Shown in pieces: positions 1 to 10,827 of a stretch of DNA of 64,000 nt (position 1 is its first letter; every line of letters starts with the position of its first letter). A model generated the notes under the pieces. The model did not search any database. It saw only the letters and a list, made by a program, of their open reading frames with translations, and was not told where the DNA came from. The stretch covers positions 288,001 through 352,000 of the forward strand of contig CAVSHT010000012.1 in the NCBI GenBank assembly GCA_963727895.1. Direction: 5' to 3'. A program made the translations under genes and the position numbers. This stretch comes from an uncultured Methanosarcinaceae archaeon. GTDB lineage: Archaea > Halobacteriota > Methanosarcinia > Methanosarcinales > Methanosarcinaceae.

Positions 1-515
1 TTCGCTCAATAGGAAGAGTTTTAGGGGTAAGTCATGTTTCTGTCCAAAAATGGATAAAGAAATTTGGTCAAGAGTGAGAGAACCTAAAAAGTGAAAGTGA
101 GATATCTATTGTTGAAATGGATGAGATGCACACTTACATCGGTAACAAAAAAAATATTGCTGGATCTGGATTGCTGTTGATAGAGTTGGGAAAAAGTTCA
201 TCAACTGCTCTTTTGGCAGCAGAGGAACGGAAACTGGAAAACTACTCTGGGAAAAATTGAAGAAAAAAGAGATTGGAGAAGTAATGACCGATCACTGGAG
301 AGCATATGCAGAGTTTCTTCCAGAAAAGATCCATACTCAATCAAAAGCAGAAACGTATACTGTTGAAGGATATAACAGCATATTGAGGCATTTTCTGGCA
401 AGATTAAGAAGAAAGACAAAGTGTTATACGAAGAGTCTTGAAATGCTAAAGTACTCGGTTATTCTATTGATGAAATACAGAAATAAAGAACTAGATCTAA
501 TTAAGTAACAATGCC
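1..515 (+). mobile_element. IS1-family insertion sequence, copy 1 (5' part outside the window; in-frame TGA in ORF A)
   Basis: InsA/InsB-like frames (EMDEMHTY..., VMTDHWRAY...LRRKTKCY); A8 slippery run near 147-154; right end TAAGTAACAATGCC ends at 515; GGT CAA GAG TGA stop near 75. Confidence 0.92.
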
Positions 516-730
516 AAATTTTAAATGAATCTATAATTAGAAATAGAATGTCCCCTAAAATAATAAGAGATTTGGTAGGAAATAATGTAAGTAGGAAAAA
601 GATCAAAATTCCAACTTTTGGTATTTTTTCTACCAAATAAAATGACTTTGAATGAATACTTTTAATTATTGTTTTTTGAGAATGGACAAAAAGTAGAGGG
701 GAATTGTATTAAATATGAAAAAAGGGAGAA

Positions 731-1480
731 ATGCCAATGCTTAAAATAGAGGATCTGACTGTAGAGGTCAACGGAAAAACGTTACTTCATGACGTAAACC
801 TCGAAGTCAAAAAAGGATATACTAATGTACTTTTTGGGCCAAACGGAGCTGGAAAGTCAGCTCTTATGAGAACAATTATGGGCTTCAGCGAATATAAGGT
901 TGTAAAGGGCAGCATTCTGTTTAATGGAAAAGATATTACCGGTCTGCCTGTAGATGAGCGAGCTCGCCTTGGATTGGGAATTATGATGCAGCGTCCTCCA
1001 GATATGTCAGGGATTAAATTAAGGGATCTTATTAGAGTACTGTCAAAAGGAAAGAAAAGTCCAGATGCCCTTGCTGAAAGTCTTGACATGATGCGCTTTA
1101 TGGACAGGGATGTAAACGTAGGTTTTTCCGGAGGAGAAATCAAACGTTCAGAGCTTCTGCAGCTTGCAGCTCAGAATCCAAGTCTTTACCTTCTGGATGA
1201 GCCGGAATCAGGAGTGGATCTTGTAAGTATAGAACAGGTAGGACTGACAATAAAAGAACTGATTGAAGACGGATTGGGCTGCCCTGGGGAAGGCTGCAAG
1301 AAAGGGAAGGCAGCTCTTATAATCACACACACAGGCCGGGTTCTGGATTATGTAAAGGCAGACAGAGGATATATCCTCTGCAACGGGACTATAATGTGTT
1401 CAGGACATCCTCTGAAGATGCTGGAGGAAATTAAGAATAAAGGGTATGAGGAGTGTATCAAATGCAGACTGATGAAGTGA
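731..1480 (+). CDS. sufC: Fe-S cluster assembly ABC ATPase SufC (SmsC-type)
   Basis: Walker A GPNGAGKS, FSGGE signature, LLDEPESG, C-terminal CxxC; overlaps the sufB-like gene. Confidence 0.92.
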   Translation: MPMLKIEDLTVEVNGKTLLHDVNLEVKKGYTNVLFGPNGAGKSALMRTIMGFSEYKVVKGSILFNGKDITGLPVDERARLGLGIMMQRPPDMSGIKLRDLIRVLSKGKKSPDALAESLDMMRFMDRDVNVGFSGGEIKRSELLQLAAQNPSLYLLDEPESGVDLVSIEQVGLTIKELIEDGLGCPGEGCKKGKAALIITHTGRVLDYVKADRGYILCNGTIMCSGHPLKMLEEIKNKGYEECIKCRLMK

Positions 1481-2685
1481 ACCTGAAAAAGCTGGCGGAA
1501 AATGCAGCTGAGAAAAAGGCAACCTTCGGAGAAGATTTTGATCTGGATAAATTTGAGGAAGGTTCCAAGATTAGCAAACCTATTGAAGATCTTCAGACCC
1601 TTGATGAGGAAAGTAAGAGAACTCTGCTTCAAGTAGGAGTAGTACCTAGTGAAGAAGGTCGATCCGGTAGTCTGGTGGTGCTTGATAATGCAGTTTCGCA
1701 TTCTTCCTTAAAAGATAAAAATGTAGAACTCATGTCTACCCAAAAAGCCCTGAAAAAATACGACTGGCTCAAAGAATATTCTTGGAAGCTTGTAGCTGTT
1801 GACACCGACAAATACACGGCGAAAACTTACCTTGAAAATGCGGATGGATACTTTATCAGGGTTCCTGCTGGCAAGAAATCTTTAATGCCTATCCAGACCT
1901 GTCTTTTGCTTGGCAGTGATAAAACTTTCCAGACTGTACATAACATCATAATTGTAGAAGAAGGGGCAACTCTTGACATAATTACAGGCTGCACAGCTAA
2001 AAAGGGAGTGGAGGAAGGACTGCACCTGGGAATTTCTGAGATGTACGTAAAAAAAGGAGCCACTCTTAATTTCACAATGATTCATAACTGGGCCGAGCAA
2101 ATAGGGGTCAGACCAAGGACAGTTGTCAAGGTGGAAGAAGGAGGAACTTACGTAAGCAATTATATCTGCCTGAAACCCGTTCGTTCCGTTCAGACATACC
2201 CTACTGTCAAGCTTGAAGGAAAAGGAGCAGTTACAAGGTTAAATACAATAGCTATTGCCCATCCAGGTTCGGAATTGGATCTTGGAAGTCGGGCAATTTT
2301 CAATGCACCTGGCACGAAGGCTGAGCTTATCTCTAGGACAATTACAATAGGTGGAAGAATTATTGCAAGAGGGGAAATGATAGGCAACGCAAAGGGAGCG
2401 AAAGGTCATCTTGAATGCAAAGGGCTTGTCCTTACAGATAAAGGAAGTCAGCTTGCAATCCCAATCCTTGAAGCAAATGTAGATGATGTGGAACTTACTC
2501 ACGAGGCTGCCGTGGGAAAAATTGCTAAAGATCAGTTAGAGTATTTGATGGCTAGAGGTCTTACCGAAGACGAAGCTGTAGGCATGATTGTGCGGGGATT
2601 CCTTGATGTAGGAATAAGGGGAATTCCAGAGGAATTGAAGAATGAAATTGAAAATACAATTGCACAAACAGCTTTTGGAATGTAA
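1462..2685 (+). CDS. sufB: SufB/SufD family Fe-S scaffold protein (SmsB-type)
   Basis: ELTHEAAVGKI...YLMARGL...IVRGF motif; ATG at 1462 follows GAGGAG. Confidence 0.9.
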   Translation: MQTDEVNLKKLAENAAEKKATFGEDFDLDKFEEGSKISKPIEDLQTLDEESKRTLLQVGVVPSEEGRSGSLVVLDNAVSHSSLKDKNVELMSTQKALKKYDWLKEYSWKLVAVDTDKYTAKTYLENADGYFIRVPAGKKSLMPIQTCLLLGSDKTFQTVHNIIIVEEGATLDIITGCTAKKGVEEGLHLGISEMYVKKGATLNFTMIHNWAEQIGVRPRTVVKVEEGGTYVSNYICLKPVRSVQTYPTVKLEGKGAVTRLNTIAIAHPGSELDLGSRAIFNAPGTKAELISRTITIGGRIIARGEMIGNAKGAKGHLECKGLVLTDKGSQLAIPILEANVDDVELTHEAAVGKIAKDQLEYLMARGLTEDEAVGMIVRGFLDVGIRGIPEELKNEIENTIAQTAFGM

Positions 2686-2828
2686 TTCAAAAAGAATGAA
2701 TCAAAAATTCATTTGAACTAAAAAAGTTTGAAAAATCTTTTGAATTGCAGATATAATTAAAAATAAGAATGTGGAAAAAGAACCTCTAAACATTTTTAGG
2801 GTCTGAACTTTCTGGAAATATGTATCTT

Positions 2829-2868
2829 AAATCCGGCAGGAGAAAAGGAGAAATCTGCCGGATTTTTT
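2829..2868 (+). terminator. Hairpin plus T-run downstream of sufCB
   Basis: AAATCCGGCAG...CTGCCGGATTT followed by T's. Confidence 0.55.
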
Positions 2869-3186
2869 ATAGAGTATTTGTGGATTTTATGAGCTGAAGT
2901 CATTAATGATATTTTTCCTGTTGTAAAGAAAGCTTTAAAGTTTAATGCTACTCATTAAACCACGATTGCAAAGACATACATTATTTTTTAAATATCTATC
3001 AAAGAAACTTCACTTGCTTTTCTAATTTTTCACATGCTACTCTTGGTGTTATGCACACAGGAAATAAAAAATACATTATTAAAAAGTAAAGTACTTCTAA
3101 TTCTTAGCCGGAGAGCACAGTACTTGGCATCATATATATACTACGGCAATAATATTACAGTACTGTAATGTTTTAGAGGGATTGAA

Positions 3187-3546
3187 ATGATAGACTTTGC
3201 CTGCAAGGAGTTTACAATAGAAGATGTGATCAAATGTGCCCTTAATCTCACAAAGGCTGACCTTAAAGTTATGAAGTATTTTTTAAATGAAACTGAGCAA
3301 TGGGTTGACACTGATTTTCTTTCAAAAGTCCTGAAGCTGGATATCTCCACAGTTCAGCGTTCCGTCAAAAAACTTCATGAAAAAGAAATTCTTCAGAGGT
3401 CTCAACAGAACCTGGATGGAGGAGGTTATGTCTTCAAGTATAAGACCAACTCAAGGGCTAAAATAAAAAATATCATTATGACTGTGGTAAATTCATGGGC
3501 CGACAGGCTTGGTCAGGAGCTTGAAAAATGGGAATATGGAGGCTGA
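3187..3546 (+). CDS. Winged-HTH transcriptional regulator (TrmB-like)
   Basis: HTH segment LKLDISTVQRSVKKL and wing GGGYVFKY. Confidence 0.8.
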   Translation: MIDFACKEFTIEDVIKCALNLTKADLKVMKYFLNETEQWVDTDFLSKVLKLDISTVQRSVKKLHEKEILQRSQQNLDGGGYVFKYKTNSRAKIKNIIMTVVNSWADRLGQELEKWEYGG

Positions 3547-4168
3547 TTGTCTTTGCTTAAAATAACACCTTACCTGGGAATTATGGTTCTTATCGTTTCT
3601 ATCGGAGGACTCTGGTATCCAGTACTCGGATACTTCTTATTACTGGTTTTTGCCGCAATATTCTTGATTAGTCCTTTCAGAGGTCGATGGTTCTGTGGAA
3701 ACCTCTGTCCGAGGGGAAGCTTTGTTGATTTCTGGGTCGCCAAAATATCAAGGAAAAAGAAGATCCCTCCAACCCTGCGTTCTCTGTGGATCCGCATGCC
3801 AATTTTTTTCATACTGATGGGCTTCATGGGACAGGATAGCAAATGCTATTGGGAACCTCAACGCTTTTGAGAAAATCAGCATGATATTTGTGATGATGTG
3901 TCTGGTGACAACCTCAATTGCAGTCCTTCTGGGCAGTTACCTGAGCCCAAGAACCTGGTGTTCATTCTGTCCTATGGGAACAGCTCAATGCTTGCTTGGT
4001 GGAAATAGGTATCTTCTAAAACTTGATAACGAAAAATGCATTGGCTGTAAGAAATGTGAAAAGATCTGTCCCATGCAGCTCAAAATCTGTCAAGACGGTG
4101 CAAAACCTGATTGTATCAAATGTGGGCGCTGTGTGGATGTCTGCCCTAAAGATGCCCTGAAATTTTGA
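3547..4168 (+). pseudogene. Membrane 4Fe-4S binding protein (NapH/Fer4_5-like), frameshifted near 3830
   Basis: GRWFCGNLCPRG and RTWCSFCPMG motifs plus two CxxCxxCxxxC motifs, split over two frames. Confidence 0.8.
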
Positions 4169-4180
4169 ATTTTTATTTTT

Positions 4181-4919
4181 GGCATTGTTACTTAATTAGA
4201 TCTAGTTCTTTATTTCTTTATTTCATCAATAGAAGAACCGAGTACTTTAGCATTTCAAGACTTTTTGTATAACACTTTGTTTTTCTTCTCAATCTTGCTA
4301 GAAAATGCCTCAATATGCTGTTATATCCTTCAACAGTGTACGTTTTTGCTTTGGATTGAGTATGAATAGTTTCTGGAAGAAACTCTGCATATGCCCTCCA
4401 GTGATCTGTCATCACTTCTCCAATCTCTTTTTTCTTCAATTTTTCCCAGAGTAGTTTTCCAGTTTCTGTTCCTCTGCTACCAAAAGAGCAGTTGATGAAC
4501 TTTTTCCCAACTCTATCAACAGCAATCCAGATCCAGCAATATTTTTTTTGTTACCGATGTAAGTGTGCATCTCATCCATTTCAACAATAGATATCTCACT
4601 TTCACTTTTTAGATTCTCTCACTCTTGACCAAATTTCTTGATCCGTTTTTGGACAGAAACATGACTCACCCCTAAAACTCTTCCTATTGAACGAAAGCCC
4701 AATCCTTCAAGATAGAGTTGTAAAGCCTGTCTTTTTACAGAAGCGGAAAAAGCAGTTGTTTTAGCTCTACTGTATAGTTATAGCCACAATCAAAGCATTT
4801 GTAGCGTTGACGCCCGCCAACTATACCATTCTTTTTGTGACTGGAACTATTGCATATGGGGCAGTTCATGAAGAAATATAGGTTCTCATAAGAAATAACT
4901 ATAGTTAATTAGCAAAGCC
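4181..4919 (-). mobile_element. IS1-family insertion sequence, copy 2 (defective)
   Basis: Ends GGCATTGTTACTTAA and AGCAAAGCC; MNCPICNSSSH zinc-finger start at 4869; frameshift near 4760 and the same TGA as copy 1. Confidence 0.92.
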
Positions 4920-5128
4920 TCTTCTTTTACTTATTAATTTCTATTGTTTATTATCTAAATAAATAAAAATGGTTCTGACCTAACATTATAAGTATTATTA
5001 TCCACCACTTTGATATTAAAATGGAGGGGAACCGGAAAAACACTTCCGGAATTTGACTTTAGAATAACAAAGGTGCATACTGGAAAGTGTCTACAAATTT
5101 AACTAGATTAGAGAAAAAGGAGAAAAAC

Positions 5129-8100
5129 ATGACAAGCCGTATACCTGAACTTTCAGAAACCCAGAAAAAAGAAATCTCTGAACTTTTTGGGGAATATGTC
5201 AATCTTGACAAACGTGAGCGCCATTATTACTGCCACGATAATGGAGCTTTACCTCCGCTTGTTAAGAAGGTCATCGGGAATACCGACCCAGCAGCTATAG
5301 TAAAAATCAGGACCGAAGAAGACGCTGTAGAGCTTCTTGAATTTGCGAACAGAAATAAAATTCCTGTTGTGCCTCGTGCAGGAGCTTCTTCAGGGTATGG
5401 AGGTGTAATCCCAACAAAGGGTGGAATAGTTGCCGATGTTACACTATTGAATAATATAATAAGCATCGACCCCGATAAACAGAAAGCGGTTGTTCAGAGT
5501 GGTATAATTTGGGAAAAGCTGGAAAGAAAACTCAAAGAAAAGGGGCTTTCGTTGAGAGCGATTCCTTCAAGCGCTCCTTCTTCGACTGTTGGAGGATGGT
5601 TATCCCAGAGTGGTGCCGGTTACGGAAGTTATGAGTTTGGCTGGGGCTATGAAAGTATGGAAAAAGCCAGGGTTGTTCTTCCTACAGGAGAAATCCGAGA
5701 ATTTTCAGGCGCTGAACTTAAAAAATTAATCGGAACAATGGGAACTATAGGCATTATCACCGAAGTAACCCTGAAGGTCCAGAAGTTCGAAGAACGAAAA
5801 GCTGTTTCTGCCAGTTTTCCAAGTGCTTCAGCCCTTATGAAAGCGATCGAAGAGATAAGAAGTAAAAATATCCATCTCTGGTCAATTTCCTTTCTGAATC
5901 CTGACTGGGCGGATATGAAAAACAAAGTGCCCAATAAACTCCATAATGAAGAAGTTGTGGATAAAGATAGACCCATACTACCAGTTTCTTATGTTTCAAC
6001 TTTCATGTACCCTGTATCGAGGGATGTTTCCGGTCTGAAAGAAGCAATTGAAAATGTTGGCGGCACAATCCTGCCGGAAGAAATTGCAAAACACGAGACA
6101 GATGAATGGTTCAAATCCATGAAAATAAAGAGGCTTGGACCTTCGTTTATTCCTGCGGAAATTCTTGTTCCTCTTGATAAAATGGACAAGGTTTTTGAAG
6201 AAATTGGAAAAAGAATCAAGTTGTCTGTGCTTACTGAAGGCATGGTTATAAGCGATGGGTATGTAGTTCTACTCTGTTTCATGCGCCATTCGGAGCGGTC
6301 CGTGCTCTTTAATATAGCTTTTGCTCTTTCCCTGAGTATTTTGAAGATTGCTGAAGAAAATGGTGGAAGGGCTTATTCCTCAGGGATTTTCTTCGCTTCA
6401 AAACGGAAAGATATTTATGGGGGAAGACTTGCTGAGATCGAAGCCCTGAGAAAAGAAATCGATCCTAATGAAATCATGAACCCTGAAACCATGGAGGGAA
6501 GAACTCTTCTAAACACTGCCGTATCAATGGGATCTACCTTTGAGCCTTTTGGCAGAATAATTGGAAACATTTCTGGAATTGGCAAAGTTTCTTTTAAAGA
6601 CGAAAAAGGGATTCCTGCAGAGGTTCTCGAACTTGCTTATTCTTGTTCTCAGTGCGGGTACTGCGTGAGTGAGTGCGATCAGTACTATGGTAGGGGCTGG
6701 GAATCTCAGGCGCCGAGAGGCAAATGGTTCTTTATAAAGGAATATCTGGCAGGCAGAGAAAAACTTGATCAGAGGCAGACAAATACCTTCCTTGCCTGTA
6801 CTACCTGCCAGATGTGTGATTCCCGCTGTGAACTGGATATGCCAATAGAGCATGCTTGGATGACCATGCGGAATAAGCTGGTTGGGGAAGAGAAAAAGAT
6901 GGCTTTCCCTCCATTTGAGATCATGGCTGCAAGTCTTCTTAAAGAAAGGAATATCTGGGCAAATTACAGAAAAGACCGCGATAAATGGGTTCCAGAGGAT
7001 ATCAGGGCAAAAATTAAGGATAAAGCTAAATACGCTTACTTTGCGGGCTGTACGGCATCTTTTGTCGAAAACGACGTAGCTACAGGTGCAGTTCGTATGC
7101 TTGATGATGCAGGGGTAGAGTTTACAAGCCTCTTAGATAAGGAAGCATGCTGTGGAATTCCTATGCTTGTTGCCGGAAGGTGGGATGTTTTTGAAAAAAT
7201 AATGAGAATGAATGTCGCAAACATGAAAAAGAAGGGAGTAAAAATTGTAATTACTTCTTGCCCAGCCTGCTGGCTCATGTGGTATACGGTTTATCCTCAG
7301 TGGGCGAAAAAGCTAGGAATCGAATATGGACTTGAGGCAAAACATTACTCTGAAGTTCTCGTTGAACATCTTGATGTTCTGAAGCCGAAATTTAAACAGC
7401 CTCTTGATAAAGTTGTAGCCTGGCACGATTCTTGCCATATTGGTCGGGCAGGAGGCAAAGTGTATGAACCACCCAGAGAACTTCTCAAAGCTATACCCGG
7501 AATACAGTTCAGAGAACTTGAATACAATCGTGAAAGAGCTCATTGCTGTGGTTCGGTTGTAAGCCTTATTGCTGAACCGCCAGTTGCATACAAGCTGGGA
7601 GATATGAGACTTCAGGAAGCCCTTGATGTTAAAGCCGATATTATTGCAGCGCTTTGTCCATGCTGTATATTCCAGTTCCGTGTGGCAGCAAAGGAAAACA
7701 ATCTCAATATAGAGGCTCAGGATCTTGGAGCTCTTGTGGGCAGGAGCCTTGGGTACAACATCCCTGACTCAACTTCCTATACTCTAGAATCGTGGGCACC
7801 CTTTGAGAAAATGATCGCTCTTATGCAGCCTGAGAATATGGTCGACATGATGGTTGAACTCATGCCTCAGATGATGGCAGCTATGCCAGCCCCACTTCAG
7901 GCAATGATGAAGATGGTCAAATACGTGCCTGGTATGGATGCAATGATGAAACCAATGATGCCAGTTCTGATGCCGAAGCTCATGCCGTCGGTTATGCCGA
8001 AAGTCATGCCTGATATGCTCAAAGCTGTAGAAAAGAGAGTTCCAATGCCCGATTACATGAGGGAGCAGCTTCCTGACCTTATGCCAAAAGCTATGGATAA

Positions 8101-8176
8101 CTTGATGCCTAATATGCTTCCAGACCTTATCCCTCTGCTAACTCCGAAGATGATAGAGTATATAAAAACGCATTAA
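5129..8176 (+). CDS. FAD-binding and Fe-S oxidoreductase (GlcD/GlcF-like fusion with CCG domains) with a Met/Pro-rich C-terminal tail
   Basis: PRAGASSGYGG FAD_binding_4 motif, CSQCGYC and CTTCQMC clusters, FAGC, ACCG, WHDSCH, HCCG; AGGAG RBS before ATG 5129. Confidence 0.85.
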   Translation: MTSRIPELSETQKKEISELFGEYVNLDKRERHYYCHDNGALPPLVKKVIGNTDPAAIVKIRTEEDAVELLEFANRNKIPVVPRAGASSGYGGVIPTKGGIVADVTLLNNIISIDPDKQKAVVQSGIIWEKLERKLKEKGLSLRAIPSSAPSSTVGGWLSQSGAGYGSYEFGWGYESMEKARVVLPTGEIREFSGAELKKLIGTMGTIGIITEVTLKVQKFEERKAVSASFPSASALMKAIEEIRSKNIHLWSISFLNPDWADMKNKVPNKLHNEEVVDKDRPILPVSYVSTFMYPVSRDVSGLKEAIENVGGTILPEEIAKHETDEWFKSMKIKRLGPSFIPAEILVPLDKMDKVFEEIGKRIKLSVLTEGMVISDGYVVLLCFMRHSERSVLFNIAFALSLSILKIAEENGGRAYSSGIFFASKRKDIYGGRLAEIEALRKEIDPNEIMNPETMEGRTLLNTAVSMGSTFEPFGRIIGNISGIGKVSFKDEKGIPAEVLELAYSCSQCGYCVSECDQYYGRGWESQAPRGKWFFIKEYLAGREKLDQRQTNTFLACTTCQMCDSRCELDMPIEHAWMTMRNKLVGEEKKMAFPPFEIMAASLLKERNIWANYRKDRDKWVPEDIRAKIKDKAKYAYFAGCTASFVENDVATGAVRMLDDAGVEFTSLLDKEACCGIPMLVAGRWDVFEKIMRMNVANMKKKGVKIVITSCPACWLMWYTVYPQWAKKLGIEYGLEAKHYSEVLVEHLDVLKPKFKQPLDKVVAWHDSCHIGRAGGKVYEPPRELLKAIPGIQFRELEYNRERAHCCGSVVSLIAEPPVAYKLGDMRLQEALDVKADIIAALCPCCIFQFRVAAKENNLNIEAQDLGALVGRSLGYNIPDSTSYTLESWAPFEKMIALMQPENMVDMMVELMPQMMAAMPAPLQAMMKMVKYVPGMDAMMKPMMPVLMPKLMPSVMPKVMPDMLKAVEKRVPMPDYMREQLPDLMPKAMDNLMPNMLPDLIPLLTPKMIEYIKTH

Positions 8177-8201
8177 TTCTTCGTACAATTTTGTGCGGAA
8201 A

Positions 8202-8241
8202 AAGTCGAAGGGAAATTGGTAATTCCTTCGACTTAATTTTT
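8202..8241 (+). terminator. Hairpin terminator after the oxidoreductase
   Basis: AAGTCGAAGGGA...TTCCTTCGACTT followed by a T-run. Confidence 0.55.
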
Positions 8242-8282
8242 GAGCTGATCCCAAAACTCAGAATTGGTTTTAGGATGAGCTC
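8242..8282. repeat. Minimal MITE-like inverted-repeat element
   Basis: GAGCTGATCCCAAAAC...GTTTTAGGATGAGCTC; same ends as the elements at 14686 and 16746. Confidence 0.6.
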
Positions 8283-8793
8283 ACTCAACAATATGGACTT
8301 TTTTCAATAAAGGCTCGTGTGTACGACCCATCACATAAATTCGTGTTTTATCCCAAAATTATTGCGCTTGCGTTTTGAACTTCCAAATAGTTTTGAGTCT
8401 GCGAAATTATTTCCGGATACAATATTTCTCTTTTTTGTATTCCAATTAAAGCAAAGTGGTCAAATCCTATTTGTTTCATCAAAACTGCAATACCAAAGTT
8501 GTTTATTGTCATTGTCACCTTGATAGAAACAGTATAATTTTCCATTATATCCTGTTACTGCAGGAGAACCACGCAGCCTTACGTCTTTGACCTGAGTATC
8601 TTTAGACCATTGTGTCATATTCTTCAACTTCTGTCTGAGATAAGCGTTTTTTAAATTAACTGGGCAAGTCTTCCAGCAATTTTTTGCTATTATTGGCCTG
8701 CCATAAAATACACATGTAAATATATATTGTCTGCGTATCGTATGTTCAGCATAAACATAATAAAACAAATAATACAGTAACAGGAGTAGAATT

Positions 8794-9427
8794 ATGACCT
8801 ATAACATGAAAAGGCACCGCCTTGCCACCACCATTTCAGGAAGGCATTGGGAATTGTTAAAAAGCATGCTGATAAATTTGAAACCCAACAAAAAGCCTTG
8901 GAAACAGTGTTGGAATGTCTGGAAAACAATTCTAAACAGTATCCTGAATTAACTACTGAACAAAAATTTTGGCTGGCGTGTGAATCGATAAGTTCAGTTT
9001 GTTGTGTCCAAAAGGGGGCTTTAAAAATACTAATGGAAACTGTAAATCATGAGCGATTTGAGAAGTATGTGACCAAAAATAAACCCATAGAATGTGTAGT
9101 ACAGTTTTTCTCCAGAAACCTCTTGAAGAATGCAGTCTAAAAGAAGTAGTGGATGGCCTAATGATTGTTTTTGGAACATCACACATGTTTGAAACAGTAG
9201 ACTACAAAGACAATGGCAACTACTATTTGCTGGTACTAACTCATAGTCTGGGTCTTAATAATTCAAAATTAAACGTAATGAAATTTGAAAGTTTATTTGA
9301 CACATATGGAGCCAAAGTCGAAAGCAAAATTTCCGAAAATACAATTTTTATGAAAGTATTTAAAGATAAAGAGTTAGTGACAGGAGATGTTCGAAAATCC
9401 AGTAAGTGCTATGTATATGGAACCTGA
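8794..9427 (+). pseudogene. Hypothetical protein with two frameshifts in homopolymer runs
   Basis: AGGAG RBS and ATG at 8794 (MTYNMKRHRLATTISGRHWELL); frame switches near 8858 (A run) and 9105 (T run). Confidence 0.6.
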
Positions 9428-9600
9428 TAATACTGGTCTTGCTCACGAGCTATTGAGAAAAACTCACTAATAGAAAACTAACTAATATTTAGTAAAAGAG
9501 ATCTCACTAACGATTTGTAAATGAGATCCAACTAAATATTTTTCATTTACCAATGAATCCATTTGAAAGCTTTTTTGTGAGCGTATTTGAATCTAAAGCA

Positions 9601-10827
9601 TTAGTCAGTTGATTTTCCGAATTTAGTTGCATGCAATAGCTCTGGAAATAGCTTCATCCAGAGGACTGCAATGATTATTGAGCCAATGCCACCAAGTAAC
9701 ACAGCTGGTACAACTCCAAGCAGGGAAGCTGTTAACCCTGATTCAAATTCCCCAAGTTGATTTGATGTGCCTATAAACATTGAATTTACGGCATTTACTC
9801 TGCCTCTCATATAATCTGGGGTTTCCAATTGTATGAATGTCATACGGACGACAACGCTGATAACGTCAGATGCTCCTAGCAATACAAGTGATGCGAGAGA
9901 TAAAGGAAATGAAGTTGACACAGCGAAAATTATGGTGAAAATCCCAAAAAAGATTACTGCGATAAACATTTTTAATCCTTCATTTTTCTTTAGTGGTCTT
10001 TTTGCCAGAAATGCGGACATTATCAATGCGCCTATGGCAGGTGCTGAACGCAGCAATCCCAAGCCCATAGGTCCAATTTTTAAAATAGTACTTGCATAAA
10101 CAGGCAATAAGGAAGTCGCACCGCCAAATAATACTGCAAAAAGGTCAAGAGAAATTGCTCCAAGTATAGCGGGCTTGCTTTTAATGAAAGCTATTCCTCC
10201 GAATATTGAATTTTTCGTTATTGATTCAGATTTCTTGACGTCATTCATTACTGAAACAAAAAGAATAATCACACTTGACATCAGTGTTAATACACCAGCT
10301 ACTGAGTACACAAGCTCGGGATTTAATGCATAAATAACTCCTCCAATTGCTGGACCCATTACGGATGCAAACTGGGCTGTTGAGGCTGATAAAGCAGCTA
10401 CTTCTGAAAAAACTTCCTTGATAACGACATTAGGTAGTAAAGATTGCATTGAAGGGCCTTGAAAAGCATTGGCAATGCTTACAAAAAAGACAGTAATTAG
10501 AATTCCTTTTTCGGTAATTACTCCTATATGGCTTTCGTAAGCCAGCAGGAAAATTCCTATACTTTCTACAATTTGACTTAAACTAATTATCAACTTTCGG
10601 TCATAGCGGTCTGCTACATAACCGACGACAAGAGTAAGTAAAAACATCGGTAAGAATTGGACTAATCCAACAAGTCCTAGATAAATAGGCTTTTTAGTTA
10701 TTGAATAAATTTGCCATCCTACAGCAACAGTTAACATTTGAAAAGCAATAGTAGTTGCTATACGTGCAGATAATAAAAATACTAAGGATCTGTTATGTAA
10801 TAGAGATGGCACTTTAAGTGAAAACAT
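9601..10827 (-). CDS. MFS transporter (EntS/MFS_3-like)
   Basis: Multiple hydrophobic segments; GYVADRYDRK motif A; TPDYMRGRV. Confidence 0.9.
   Translation of the reverse strand: MFSLKVPSLLHNRSLVFLLSARIATTIAFQMLTVAVGWQIYSITKKPIYLGLVGLVQFLPMFLLTLVVGYVADRYDRKLIISLSQIVESIGIFLLAYESHIGVITEKGILITVFFVSIANAFQGPSMQSLLPNVVIKEVFSEVAALSASTAQFASVMGPAIGGVIYALNPELVYSVAGVLTLMSSVIILFVSVMNDVKKSESITKNSIFGGIAFIKSKPAILGAISLDLFAVLFGGATSLLPVYASTILKIGPMGLGLLRSAPAIGALIMSAFLAKRPLKKNEGLKMFIAVIFFGIFTIIFAVSTSFPLSLASLVLLGASDVISVVVRMTFIQLETPDYMRGRVNAVNSMFIGTSNQLGEFESGLTASLLGVVPAVLLGGIGSIIIAVLWMKLFPELLHATKFGKSTD

Noticed and set aside
257..508. Stand-alone MKKKEIGEV ORFs in each IS
   Set aside because: They are the 3' part of the frameshifted IS1 transposase, not independent genes
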